A stretch of DNA of 64,000 nt from an uncultured Actinomycetes bacterium (GCA_963779965.1 CAWAAP010000016.1:2313-66312); one strand, 5' to 3'; shown: positions 37,305 through 46,676, counted from the stretch's first letter. Numbers and translations are program-made. The notes: generated by a model from the letters alone, not told the origin.

Positions 37305-37497
37305 GGAGTTCGACCACGGCCACGAGCCGAGAGCCGAGGAGATCGCTTTACACCAGCGGTTCCTCACCCTCCTTGGGGAGATGGAAGCAGCACAAGCGGA
37401 AGGGAACGAGGCCGAAGTCCGGCGCCTCGAGCCCCTGCTCGAGCGAGCGCGGAAGCGTTGGCTCGCTGCGAACGTCCGTGTAACTCGAGGCCGCTAA
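37297..37497 (+). CDS. small hypothetical protein (66 aa)
   Basis: The ATG at 37297 overlaps the upstream stop (ATGACTGA). Helical, charged composition. Confidence 0.4.
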   Translation: MTEEFDHGHEPRAEEIALHQRFLTLLGEMEAAQAEGNEAEVRRLEPLLERARKRWLAANVRVTRGR

Positions 37498-37555
37498 CCA
37501 AAGCAGGACTCCGACGTACCTTGTCCCGACCAGGGAGAAGGGATTCAATGCGCAT

Positions 37556-39196
37556 GTGGCTCGGCCACTGCAAGTGGTCTCGGCCCTCGGTGCCGCGATT
37601 CGAAACGAGAACGTTCGACGAGTCGAGCTCGCCTGGGGTGCTTCGATCGCGACTGAATGGGCGCACTTCGTGGCGCTCGGCGTGTTCGCCTACCAGCAGG
37701 GCGGTACCTCGGCCGTGGGGGTCGCCGGGCTGGTTCGACTGTTGCCTGCCGGCCTCTTAGCCCCGTTCGCAGCTTCGCTCGGCGATCGCTTTCGCCGTGA
37801 GCGTTTCCTCATGGTGATGATGCTCCTCGGGGCAATCGCCCTCGCCGGGTCGGCCGTCGCCGCCTTTGCAGAAAACACAACGCTCGTGTTCGTCTTCGCG
37901 GGTCTGATGGGCCTGTCCTCCACCCTGATCAGACCGGCCCTGCAGGCGCTGCTGCCATCTCTGGTGCGCACCCCCGACGAGTTGATCGCCTCGAATGGAG
38001 CGACGTCGACGATCGAGAGCATCGGCACTCTCATCGGGCCGTTGTTTGCAGGCGTGCTGGTGTCGATTGCGGACGTTGGGCTCGCGTTCGCTTTCGGCGG
38101 AGGACTCCTCCTCACGGGTGCCGCCCTGATGGCACGCGTCAGGGTCGAGAGCTCGATCGAGCTCACGAGCGCAGCCGAGAACGAGAGCGTCGGCCGACTC
38201 GTCACAGCCGGCTTTCGGACCGTCACTCGTACGCCGAGGGCTCGTCTCGTCGTCTTGCTCATGGTCGCGCAGAGCTTCGTACGGGGTTGCCTGAACGTCC
38301 TGATCGTCGTCGCGGCGTTTCGCGTTCTCCACGGAGGGGCGGCCGACGTCGGCTACCTGACTGCGGCTATCGGCGTCGGAGGGCTGATCGGAGCGATCGG
38401 GGCGATGACTCTGGGCGGCCGGCGGCTCGCCGTCCCCTTCGGACTTTCACTCGTGTTCTGGGGAGTGCCGATCATCCTCATGGCGTCGCAGCCCTACTTC
38501 GCACCGATGCTGCTCTTGCTCGCGATCGTCGGGGCCGCAAACAGCATCGAGGATGTCGCAGGATTCACGCTCCTCCAGCGGATCATCCCCAACGAGATGT
38601 TGACGCGGGTGCTCGGGCTGATCTGGGGACTGGCGATGGGCGCCGTAGCCATCGGCTCGATCGCGGCACCAGCGGTCGTCAGGGCAATTGGACCGCGCTC
38701 GGCATTCCTTGTCGTCGGCTCGATTCTCCCGCTCCTGATGATCATCACCTACCGGCGACTCGTGGAGATCGACCGAGCCGTGGCGCCGAGCGCCGAGCAG
38801 GACCTCGTCGATCGCGTCCCGATGTTCGCACCGCTGTCGCTGGCAACGAAGGAGCGCGTCGCGTCGAGCCTCGTCCCGATCTCGGTGTCCGCGGGCGAGC
38901 TCGTCATCCGCGCAGGCGACGAGGGTGACCGCTTCTACATCGTGGGCGACGGTGAGCTCGACATCGATGCGGGCGGCCGCCACTCGACCGCGCACGCAGC
39001 CGACTACTTCGGCGAGATCGCTCTGCTACGCAACGTCCCGCGAACTGCGACGGTGATGGCCGTCGTCGACTCCCAGCTCTATGCCCTTCAACGAGACGAC
39101 TTCTTGGGAGCGGTCACGGGCCACCGCGCGGCGCAGGCTGCGGGAGACGCGGTCGCGGATGCGCGACTCGCGGGGTCGACGCTCACGGAGGTCTGA
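37556..39196 (+). CDS. MFS transporter fused to a C-terminal cyclic-nucleotide-binding domain
   Basis: About 400 aa of multi-TM MFS-like sequence followed by VPMFAPLS...GDEGDRFYIVGDG...FGEIALLRNVPRTATV, the cNMP phosphate-binding cassette. Confidence 0.85.
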   Translation: MARPLQVVSALGAAIRNENVRRVELAWGASIATEWAHFVALGVFAYQQGGTSAVGVAGLVRLLPAGLLAPFAASLGDRFRRERFLMVMMLLGAIALAGSAVAAFAENTTLVFVFAGLMGLSSTLIRPALQALLPSLVRTPDELIASNGATSTIESIGTLIGPLFAGVLVSIADVGLAFAFGGGLLLTGAALMARVRVESSIELTSAAENESVGRLVTAGFRTVTRTPRARLVVLLMVAQSFVRGCLNVLIVVAAFRVLHGGAADVGYLTAAIGVGGLIGAIGAMTLGGRRLAVPFGLSLVFWGVPIILMASQPYFAPMLLLLAIVGAANSIEDVAGFTLLQRIIPNEMLTRVLGLIWGLAMGAVAIGSIAAPAVVRAIGPRSAFLVVGSILPLLMIITYRRLVEIDRAVAPSAEQDLVDRVPMFAPLSLATKERVASSLVPISVSAGELVIRAGDEGDRFYIVGDGELDIDAGGRHSTAHAADYFGEIALLRNVPRTATVMAVVDSQLYALQRDDFLGAVTGHRAAQAAGDAVADARLAGSTLTEV

Positions 39197-39197
39197 C

Positions 39198-40184
39198 TCA
39201 GCCGTCGGCGACGACGTTGACGACGATCTTCCCTCGGGCGTGTCCCTCGCCGAGATATCTGAGTGCCTCCGAGGCCTCGCTCAGCTCGTACTGTCGGTCG
39301 ATCACCGGGGTGATCGTTCCGGCTTCGAGAAGCTCTTGCAGGACGACCAGATCCGGCTTGTTTATCTTCGCGAGGAACGGAGCCACCACCCGGCGGCTGT
39401 TGCCCACCGAGCCGAGACGTAGTTTGAGCGCCTGACTCAGAGGCCCGATCCAGCGATTTCCTTTCGGACCTCCGACTACGACGAGGGTCGCCTTGTCGCC
39501 CAGGGCGCGGCTGCAATCCGACCACGACCGGCTCCCCGCAATGTCGAGCATCAGGTCGTAGCGGTGTCCACTCCGAGTGAAGTCCTCTTTGGTGTAGTCG
39601 ATGACGTGGTCTGCGCCGATCGATCGGATCGTGTCGACGTTTCTCGTGCTGCAGACCCCGGTCACTTCCGCTCCAAACCACTTGGCAAGCTGAACGGCAA
39701 ACGTGCCCACGCCCCCTGACGCGCCGTTGATCAGGACCCTCTGACCCGGCTGAATCTGCCCCTTGTCGCGAAGACCCTGCAGCGCAGAGATTGCCGCCAC
39801 AGGTACGGCCGCCGCCTGCTCGAACGTGACGCCGGCCGGTTTGTGCACGACTGCTCGTTCCTCGCGAACGCAGACGTACTCGGCGAGCGATCCGTTTCTG
39901 GCGCCGAAGACTTCGTCACCGGGTTGAAACTGCTTGACGTCGCTGCCGACTTCTTCGACCGTTCCGGCGAAGTCGACGCCCAGTGCTTGGCTCTTCGGGC
40001 TGCGCAGCCCGGCCTGGATGCGCACGAGGTACGGAGTCCCCGTCATGGTGTGCCAGTCGACCGGGTTGACGGACGCCGCGTGAATGCGGACGAGCACGCC
40101 GTCGTCGGTGACGACCGGCCTGTCGATCTCCCGGACCTCGAGGACGTCAGGTGAGCCGTACTCGTCGTACGCGAGCGCTTTCAT
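39198..40184 (-). CDS. NAD(P)H-dependent quinone oxidoreductase / MDR-family alcohol dehydrogenase
   Basis: Motifs MKALAYDEYG, VNPVDW and INGASGGVGTFAVQLAK. Confidence 0.9.
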   Translation of the reverse strand: MKALAYDEYGSPDVLEVREIDRPVVTDDGVLVRIHAASVNPVDWHTMTGTPYLVRIQAGLRSPKSQALGVDFAGTVEEVGSDVKQFQPGDEVFGARNGSLAEYVCVREERAVVHKPAGVTFEQAAAVPVAAISALQGLRDKGQIQPGQRVLINGASGGVGTFAVQLAKWFGAEVTGVCSTRNVDTIRSIGADHVIDYTKEDFTRSGHRYDLMLDIAGSRSWSDCSRALGDKATLVVVGGPKGNRWIGPLSQALKLRLGSVGNSRRVVAPFLAKINKPDLVVLQELLEAGTITPVIDRQYELSEASEALRYLGEGHARGKIVVNVVADG

Positions 40185-40203
40185 CGGGAACGTCTCCTCT
40201 GCT

Positions 40204-40247
40204 TTACAGTGTAAGTTTACAATGTAAGCTTAGACGTACACCGTAAG
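40204..40247. promoter_or_regulatory. candidate TetR operator: tandem palindromes TTACAGTGTAA and TTACAATGTAA plus a third half-site
   Basis: Read directly in the 64-bp divergent gap between the oxidoreductase (start 40184, -) and the TetR gene (start 40249/40258, +). Confidence 0.5.
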
Positions 40248-40248
40248 C

Positions 40249-40956
40249 TTGTCAAGGATGACTACGAACGCCGACTCGAAATCAGAGCCCCGCGTCCCGC
40301 TGAGCAGGGAGCGTGTGCTGCACGCCGCGATCCGCCTCGCCGATGAGGGCGGGATCGAATCGCTCACGATGCGCAAGCTCGCCCGTGAGCTCGGCGTCGA
40401 AGCGATGTCGTTGTACAACCACGTGGCCAACAAGGGCGACCTCGTCGACGGCATCGTCGAGCTCGTCGTCAGCGAGATCGACCTGCCCTCCACCCCGGAC
40501 TGGGAAGCGGCTATTCGCGAGTGCGCGATCTCGGCCCACGATGCGTTCCTGCGCCACCCCTGGGCATGCAGTCTCGTCATGTCGCCCACCGCGACACGTG
40601 GCGCCCGTGTCCCGCGACTGCAGTACATGGAATGGCTGCTCGGACGACTGCGGGATGCCGGTTTTTCGCCCGAGCTGACCTATCACGCTTATCACGCCCT
40701 AGACGGCCACATCCTGGGGTTCACGCTGTGGCAGCTCGGCCATTCCGCCGCGGCGTTGGAAATCGGCGGCGCGCAGGAGTTTGCAGCCTTGGCAGACAAG
40801 TTCCTCCAGGAGTTTCGGGCCGGCGGCTACCCGAACCTCGCCGAGCACGTCGAGCAGCACATCGCTGCGTCGGGCGACGGCGAGAGCGAGAGCGAGTTCG
40901 AATTCGGGCTCGGCCTGATCCTCGACGGGCTCAAGAAAGCCCGCGGAACTTTGTAA
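40249..40956 (+). CDS. TetR family transcriptional regulator
   Basis: HTH IESLTMRKLARELGVEAMSLYNHV with a Tet-repressor-like C-terminal domain. The start is either the TTG at 40249 or the ATG at 40258. Confidence 0.85.
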   Translation: MSRMTTNADSKSEPRVPLSRERVLHAAIRLADEGGIESLTMRKLARELGVEAMSLYNHVANKGDLVDGIVELVVSEIDLPSTPDWEAAIRECAISAHDAFLRHPWACSLVMSPTATRGARVPRLQYMEWLLGRLRDAGFSPELTYHAYHALDGHILGFTLWQLGHSAAALEIGGAQEFAALADKFLQEFRAGGYPNLAEHVEQHIAASGDGESESEFEFGLGLILDGLKKARGTL

Positions 40957-41235
40957 GCCCTAACTAGTGGTCCGCGCGGTGACGAGTGCCGCTTGTACGA
41001 GAACGCCGGCTATCTGACGCGGCCCGAACGTTGAGAAAGATCAACGCACGACCGACTTGAAAGAAGAAGACTGCAAACTCAGAATTGCTCGAGATGCACC
41101 AATGAGCATGCTTGAGCTGCGGCATTACAGGGTTCGCTTTCGCGCGAGCCAACGGTTGCGGTACCGCCTTCTGCGCCTGGTCTGGCGGCTCCTGAACCGC
41201 CGCAACGCAATACGACCGAAAGGAGGCTCAACGAT

Positions 41236-41709
41236 ATGACCGGAGTTCGCCGTGGCGCGAGGTCTGTTCTCAAGTGGTTTTCGGGGCTCTACGTGCTCCT
41301 GATCATCGTCCAGGTATTCCTGGCGGGCGAAGGCATCTTCGGCCTTAAGAACATCGAACACGCGGACGATTGCAACAAGGCCGGCGCTAGCTGCATTGCG
41401 AACTCAAAGACCCTCGACCCGCATCGTGCGCTCGGCTTCTTCCTGACGATGCCTGGAGCGCTGTTGTTCCTGATCGTCGCGCTGCTTGCGTGGCACCCGA
41501 ACAAGCGCATCCGAACGGTCTCGATCGTCGTGCCGATTCTGACCTTCGTGCAAATGATCCTGCCCGGACTCGGCCGTTGGGGTGGAGCGTTTCACCCGCT
41601 GAACGCGATCCTTGTGCTCGGGCTTTTCGGTTGGCTCTTCTACCGCCTCCGCCAGGAACAGCCCGAAGAGGTAGTGGTAGCCAAGCCCTCGACCGCGCCC
41701 GCCGTTTGA
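41236..41709 (+). CDS. four-TM membrane protein of unknown function
   Basis: GAAAGGAGG Shine-Dalgarno 8 nt upstream of the ATG. Four hydrophobic segments. Confidence 0.7.
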   Translation: MTGVRRGARSVLKWFSGLYVLLIIVQVFLAGEGIFGLKNIEHADDCNKAGASCIANSKTLDPHRALGFFLTMPGALLFLIVALLAWHPNKRIRTVSIVVPILTFVQMILPGLGRWGGAFHPLNAILVLGLFGWLFYRLRQEQPEEVVVAKPSTAPAV

Positions 41710-41833
41710 GAGCTGTGGACGAGGCTTAAGCCGCGCACTTCCGCGACGAGGGACCTCGGTAAGGAGGGTAAGAAGGCAGCCTCGTAACGGACGACCCTAG
41801 TCCGCCGGGGATCACCGGATTTCGCGGAACCTC

Positions 41834-42388
41834 CTAGGCCCAGGGGAGGCTGTGCCAGTACGAGGGTCGTTCCCGGCGTGACGGCTCGAACCCCACGTAC
41901 GCCTGCCGCGGATCTGACGTCTCCTCCTCCGCGCTCGCTCCGTAGCGCGCCGCGAGCTCCGACACGGGGTAGCGCACCTGCCAGGGCTCGACGCGCGCGC
42001 CCGCCATCAGGATCACGCAAGGCCCGTCGCCGGCGCCAACGAAGATGTGCTCGGTGCCTGCCGGACTGTGGAAGAAGTCCCACGGCCGCATGAGTCGCTC
42101 CTCGCCCTCGACGAGCAGCGTGCACTCTCCGGACAGGACCAGGAACGCCTCCTGCTCCGACTCGGAGTGGTAGAGACCGTTCGGCTCACCCGGCTCCAGG
42201 ACGTGGAGCCGGATGCCGACCTGCGGGAACTCGAACTGCTGGCTCTCGAAAGAGCACTCCGAACCGGACGGCTTCTTCTCGCCCTTCTCGGACGTCAACC
42301 ACTGTGCATCCCGCACGTTCACCACGAACCAGCCCTCACCGGCAGGGGCGAGGCCTGAGCCGGAATCTTCTAGTTGCGCCTCGGGCAC
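41834..42388 (-). CDS. cupin domain protein
   Basis: Cupin motifs in HSESEQEAFLVLSGECTLLVEG and FFHSPAGTEHIFVG. Confidence 0.75.
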   Translation of the reverse strand: MPEAQLEDSGSGLAPAGEGWFVVNVRDAQWLTSEKGEKKPSGSECSFESQQFEFPQVGIRLHVLEPGEPNGLYHSESEQEAFLVLSGECTLLVEGEERLMRPWDFFHSPAGTEHIFVGAGDGPCVILMAGARVEPWQVRYPVSELAARYGASAEEETSDPRQAYVGFEPSRRERPSYWHSLPWA

Positions 42389-42430
42389 GGCGCGAGTATA
42401 CGAACGTTTCGGGCTCGTAAAGCGTCCGCT

Positions 42431-42838
42431 TCAGGCGAGTTCTGTGACCTGCCCGGCGCGCGCCTGCATCGCCTCCGCGATGCGAGACGCAATCTCGGGA
42501 TGTGCCGCTTCGAGCTGTCGAAACTCGGTTCCAAACAAGACGAGCAGTCGTACCGGCGTAGTGCTCGTGACTGTCGCGGTGCGACGACCGTCTCCGAGAA
42601 TTGCGACCTCACCAAAGAAGTCACCCGCCGTAAGTTCCGCCAGCGTTTGGTCCCCGGACGTGACCGCTGCTGTTCCTTCGATGAGAACGAAGAACGTGTA
42701 GCCGGGCGCGCCTTCGCCGACAAGCCTGACTCCCTCATGCGCGTTCTGCAGATGGAACCACTTCGCAACGTTCACAAGCTGCTCTTCGTCCAGCGAGCTG
42801 AAGAGCGGGACAGCCGCGAGTGCGTCTACGCTGGCCAC
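42431..42838 (-). CDS. stand-alone cyclic-nucleotide-binding domain protein
   Basis: 135 aa with VPLFSSL, GAPGYTFFVLIEG and the FFGEVAILGDGRRTATV phosphate-binding cassette. Confidence 0.85.
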   Translation of the reverse strand: MASVDALAAVPLFSSLDEEQLVNVAKWFHLQNAHEGVRLVGEGAPGYTFFVLIEGTAAVTSGDQTLAELTAGDFFGEVAILGDGRRTATVTSTTPVRLLVLFGTEFRQLEAAHPEIASRIAEAMQARAGQVTELA

Positions 42839-42956
42839 GACGTCGACCCTATCCGTGTGGATGCATCTGGTCGAGCCTTGTCACCACATTGTCACCGCAC
42901 CTGATCAGGCCCCGCGAGCACCTACGTCGCGGGACCTGATCGCAGGATGTACCCGT

Positions 42957-43451
42957 CTAGCCGTTGTCGTCGTTCGCTGCGGCGACCGCCGCGGCCTCCT
43001 CGGTGCTGAGCCGAATCACCTGCTCGCACCCGCGGAGCCTGGCCGGGTCGTGCACGACCACGTACGCGACGTCAAAGCCAGGCCCGCATTCGAGGATGTC
43101 GGGCTGGTTGTCGTTCGCCAGCGCATGGAGAATGTCGTTACCGGCGCCGGTGTTCTGAACGTCGGCGCCCGCTCCCGCCCACGTCACATCGTTGCCTTGC
43201 CCGCCGAAAATTGCGTCGTTGCCGGGACCGCCCCGCACGACGTCGTTGCCTCGGCCCGCGTAAATGACGTCGTTGCCGTCATGCGCACGAACGATGTCGT
43301 TGCCACCTCTGGCATAGATCAGGTCGGCACCGCCCGTGCCGTTGAGGTTGTCCGGCCCGTCTGTGCCGCGGATGACGTCGAGCCGTGCCGCCGACGCCGC
43401 CGTGACGAGCATGAGCGCTGCCGTCGCCGCGAAGATCAGCTTCGCTTTCAT
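42957..43451 (-). CDS. secreted RTX-like calcium-binding repeat protein
   Basis: ORF trimmed to the ATG at 43451 (MKAKLIFAATAALMLVTAASA). At least 7 nonapeptide GxGNDxIxx repeats. Confidence 0.75.
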   Translation of the reverse strand: MKAKLIFAATAALMLVTAASAARLDVIRGTDGPDNLNGTGGADLIYARGGNDIVRAHDGNDVIYAGRGNDVVRGGPGNDAIFGGQGNDVTWAGAGADVQNTGAGNDILHALANDNQPDILECGPGFDVAYVVVHDPARLRGCEQVIRLSTEEAAAVAAANDDNG

Positions 43452-43540
43452 TGTGAACCTCCACTCGAAGGTACTTGACGCCCCCGTTATTCCACCCGCC
43501 TGTGTGCATCGCATGTGCCCCGCGTAATCCGGCGTCAGCT

Positions 43541-44839
43541 CTACGTAAACGCGTGTAAGGCCTCGAGCTCGTTCTCGCTCTCTGGGAGCGGAAGGCAGAT
43601 CGTGAATTCGGTCCCGCCCGACGAGGCGGCCACACGGGCGTCACCTCCCATCGCCTGCGCGAGCTCGCGGACGATCGCCAGCCCGAGACCGGTGCCAACA
43701 GGGCGTTGACCGCTATACCTGCGGTAGAGGAAGAAGCGATCGAATGCGTGCGGGATCTCTTCGGGTGAGATGCCCGGCCCCGTGTCCTTGACGGTGAGCT
43801 CGCCTCGAACGGCCGCGAGAGTGACCGTCCCTCCGGGCGGTGTACACCGCAGCGCGTTCTCGACAAGGTTCGATACCGCCTGGAGCAGGCGGTCGGGATC
43901 AGCCCTGGCGGGAGCACTCCCTCCCTGTTGGAGCTCGATTCGGACGCCGAGGTCGCGCGCGCACGCAGCGTGCCGGGTCGCGCTTTCGCGCGCGATCTCG
44001 GTGAGGTCGACCGTGTCCGGATGGATGTCGAATTGCTGCTGGTTCAGCCGCGCGAGGTTGAGGATGTCGGCTATCAGGCGTTCAAGTCGCGCCGCTTCTC
44101 TGCGGATCACCTTTACGGCGCGCTCCGGCGTCAAGACGCCTTCGTCGAGAGCCTCGGAGTAGCCTCGGATCGCCGTCAGCGGGGTCTTCAGCTCATGACT
44201 GACGGACAGAAAAAACGAGCGCTCGGCGTCACGGGCACGGGCAAGCTGATCGGCCATCGTGTTGAACGACTCGGCGAGGCCGCGCAGCTCGCTGGGCCCG
44301 GCGAGCGGCAACGTCTCGGGCTGGCGGCCCCTTGCCAACCGGCTACTGGCACGCGCGACCCGCAGCACCGGACGCGCGATGCTGCGGGCGAGCGTTGCGG
44401 CGACTGCGGCGGCGAGCAGGCAACCGATCGCGCCGGCGGCCGCGAGGGCCATCCAGAACGGCCTGCTTTCGGCGCGCACCGAACTCGCGGTCCGGAGGAG
44501 AACGACGACGTCGCGTCCACTGTCCTTGGTTGCGTACAGATAGTCGTGTTCGTTGATCGTGATCCGACCGGTGGGGCTGTCGGGGAGGAGCAATCGCGCC
44601 TGCTGCTGCGGGAGCACCGACAAGCGCTCGTCCTGGGTCGCGAGAAAGCGACCAAACTGTCCAGGCGCCGGGTGCAGGTCCTCGTGGGCAAGCAGGGCGA
44701 CCTGACGCTTGAGACCGCCAAAGGCAGTCTGCTCGAGCGAGCGTCGCACGAGATACGCGCCTACGAGCAGCGAAAGGGATACGGCGACAAGAACGGCCGA
44801 ACCGATCGCGAGCCGCAGGCGCGTCTGGAGTGACGTCAC
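43541..44839 (-). CDS. sensor histidine kinase
   Basis: The GTG at 44839 overlaps the regulator stop (GTGA). H-box FFLSVSHELKTPL and G-box GTGLGLAIV. Confidence 0.85.
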   Translation of the reverse strand: MTSLQTRLRLAIGSAVLVAVSLSLLVGAYLVRRSLEQTAFGGLKRQVALLAHEDLHPAPGQFGRFLATQDERLSVLPQQQARLLLPDSPTGRITINEHDYLYATKDSGRDVVVLLRTASSVRAESRPFWMALAAAGAIGCLLAAAVAATLARSIARPVLRVARASSRLARGRQPETLPLAGPSELRGLAESFNTMADQLARARDAERSFFLSVSHELKTPLTAIRGYSEALDEGVLTPERAVKVIRREAARLERLIADILNLARLNQQQFDIHPDTVDLTEIARESATRHAACARDLGVRIELQQGGSAPARADPDRLLQAVSNLVENALRCTPPGGTVTLAAVRGELTVKDTGPGISPEEIPHAFDRFFLYRRYSGQRPVGTGLGLAIVRELAQAMGGDARVAASSGGTEFTICLPLPESENELEALHAFT

Positions 44840-45525
44840 GCCTCCCGAGGAGCGTGGCCTTCGAGAATGCGGTAACCGACGCCCCTGACGGTCTGGATCA
44901 GCTCTGGCCGCCCGAGCTTCTTGCGCAACTGCGCCACGTGGACGTCGACGGTGCGCGTCCCGGCTGCAAAGGACAGGCCCCAAACACGGTCGAGCAGCCG
45001 ATCCCGGGTTACCACATGACCTGCGTGCCGCGCCAGCTCGACCAGGAGCTCGAACTCCAGCGTCCGCAGGCCCACCGTAAACCCGGCAACCGTGACACTT
45101 CGACTCTGCAGGTCAATTCGTAACTCGCCGAGCTCGATCACCCTAGATTCGGCCGCCGCCGGCTCGGCCCGCCGCAGGACAGCACGTACGCGCGCCACTA
45201 ACTCGCGTGGGGAGAATGGCTTTGTGAGGTAGTCGTCGGCCCCCAACTCGAGGCCGATGATCCGATCGGCTTCCTCGTCGCGGGCGGTCAGGATCAGAAT
45301 CGGAAAATCTCCGCTGCCACGAAGCTGCCGGCAAAGCTCGAATCCGTCGAAGTCCGGCAGACCGAGATCGAGCACGACGAACCGAGGCTGGCGACCCTCG
45401 ACCGCGTCGAGCCCTCCTTCGCCTGTGCATTCGCGGACGACGTCGAAGCCCGCTTGTTCGAGGTATGCGCCTACAAGCGCACTGATCGCTTCGTCGTCCT
45501 CGATCACCACTGCGACTCCGCTCAC
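44836..45525 (-). CDS. OmpR-family response regulator
   Basis: Receiver domain (VAVVIEDDE, VVLDLGLPD, LTKPF) plus winged helix (TVRGVGYRI). Confidence 0.9.
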   Translation of the reverse strand: MSGVAVVIEDDEAISALVGAYLEQAGFDVVRECTGEGGLDAVEGRQPRFVVLDLGLPDFDGFELCRQLRGSGDFPILILTARDEEADRIIGLELGADDYLTKPFSPRELVARVRAVLRRAEPAAAESRVIELGELRIDLQSRSVTVAGFTVGLRTLEFELLVELARHAGHVVTRDRLLDRVWGLSFAAGTRTVDVHVAQLRKKLGRPELIQTVRGVGYRILEGHAPREA

Positions 45526-45806
45526 GGCCGGAACGCCCTGACTGAGGTGACCAATCTCCCGACATGATCGATCGTCGCCACGTCGCCGCGCCGGAGGCGC
45601 ACCAGGCGGACGCGGCGCCCCTCGAGCGTGATGACCGTCGCTTGGTTGATCACAAATCTTTTGCGACTCCCATCGAGCTCGCGGATCGCGAGACGCGGAG
45701 GTTGCACCCGCATGACGATGCCGCGGTCAACGGCCTTCTCCGCGGCCACGCTCGGGGGCGCGAAAACGAGGACGGCGCAGAGGAGCAGCAGCCAAAGCCG
45801 TCGCAT
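45522..45806 (-). CDS. small secreted protein heading the two-component operon
   Basis: 94 aa with signal peptide MRRLWLLLLCAVLVFAPPSVAA. Its stop overlaps the regulator start. Confidence 0.6.
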   Translation of the reverse strand: MRRLWLLLLCAVLVFAPPSVAAEKAVDRGIVMRVQPPRLAIRELDGSRKRFVINQATVITLEGRRVRLVRLRRGDVATIDHVGRLVTSVRAFRP

Positions 45807-45851
45807 CCGGCGAATGCTGGTCGACGCCGGTCAGGGCAGCGTGTGCTGCAT

Positions 45852-45869
45852 GTAAAGCGAACGTAAAAC
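45852..45869. promoter_or_regulatory. direct repeat GTAAA-N6-GTAAA in an AT-richer patch between the two-component operon and the NTase gene
   Basis: GTAAAGCGAACGTAAAAC, read directly, about 50-60 bp upstream of the 45806 start. Spacing suits an OmpR-type site, but this is only a candidate. Confidence 0.25.
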
Positions 45870-45912
45870 GGTCGAGGCGCCGGGCCCATCCAGAGCGCTA
45901 GGATCGCGCCTC

Positions 45913-46656
45913 GTGTTCACCGTTGAGCAGCGAAATGCTCTCCGCGAGCACGTGCTGCAGCTTGCGGAGGCGGATGACCGCGTCGTCGCTGGAGCCACGG
46001 TGGGCTCGCTGGCCGTGGATGGCGGCGACCGGTTCTCCGACCTGGACCTCACGTTCGGTATCGCTGATGACGTACCGATCGCGGAGGTGCTCGACAACTG
46101 GACGCACATGCTCGGCGGCGAGCGGAACGCGGTGCACCTTGCCGACCTCGAACGCAGTCCAACCATTTACCGCGTGTTCCTGCTGCCGGACGCACTCCAG
46201 TTCGACCTCTCGATGACGCCGGCGGCGCAGTTTCGTCCCGCCGGGCCACGATTCCGGCTTCTGTTCGGCGAGACGGCCGCGGGCGAATACAAGGGTTCCA
46301 CGCCGCCAGCCGCGCATGATCTGTTCGGGTGGGGAGTGATCTACGCGCTCCACGCGCGCGCGTGTATCGAGCGCCGGCGTGTCTGGCAAGCCGAGCATTA
46401 CGTCGCTGCGGTTCGCGACCACGCACTGTCACTTGCGTGTCTCCGAGAGGGGCTGCCTGCGGTGCAGGCACGCGGGTACGACGACCTCTCCGCTGAGACG
46501 CTTGCCCGGTTCGAAGATGGGCATGTCACCGCTCTCGAGGCTGGACCGCTCCGGGCAGCCCTTGCCGCATCCGTCGTTGCACTCATGCGCGAGGGCTCAG
46601 AGGCACGCCTACCGCACGCCGATGTCGTCGCGCAGCGCCTCGCCGAGCTGCGCTGA
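45913..46656 (+). CDS. Pol-beta-superfamily nucleotidyltransferase with a helical C-terminal domain (ANT/KNTase-like)
   Basis: GSLAVDGGDRFSDLDLTF is the hG[GS]x9-13Dh[DE]h NTase signature. About 150 aa of helical domain follow. Confidence 0.75.
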   Translation: MFTVEQRNALREHVLQLAEADDRVVAGATVGSLAVDGGDRFSDLDLTFGIADDVPIAEVLDNWTHMLGGERNAVHLADLERSPTIYRVFLLPDALQFDLSMTPAAQFRPAGPRFRLLFGETAAGEYKGSTPPAAHDLFGWGVIYALHARACIERRRVWQAEHYVAAVRDHALSLACLREGLPAVQARGYDDLSAETLARFEDGHVTALEAGPLRAALAASVVALMREGSEARLPHADVVAQRLAELR

Positions 46657-46676
46657 CGAACGGCACTATTGCGAAA

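Noticed and set aside
40957-41235. 279-bp AT-richer intergenic region with imperfect hairpins (for example GCTCGAGATGC...GCATGCTTGAGC), considered as a riboswitch or sRNA. Small ORFs 41057..41239 (+) and 40964..41152 (-) were also examined.
   Set aside because: No recognisable riboswitch core. The stems are mismatched. The small ORFs have non-coding-like composition and no Shine-Dalgarno. This is most simply the promoter and leader of the membrane-protein gene at 41236.
41710-41833. Possible structured RNA in the convergent gap, suggested by long-range pairing ACGAGGC...GCCTCGT enclosing two small hairpins.
   Set aside because: The stems are short (4-7 bp), there is no known motif, and I cannot assess conservation. 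It may simply be a bidirectional terminator region.
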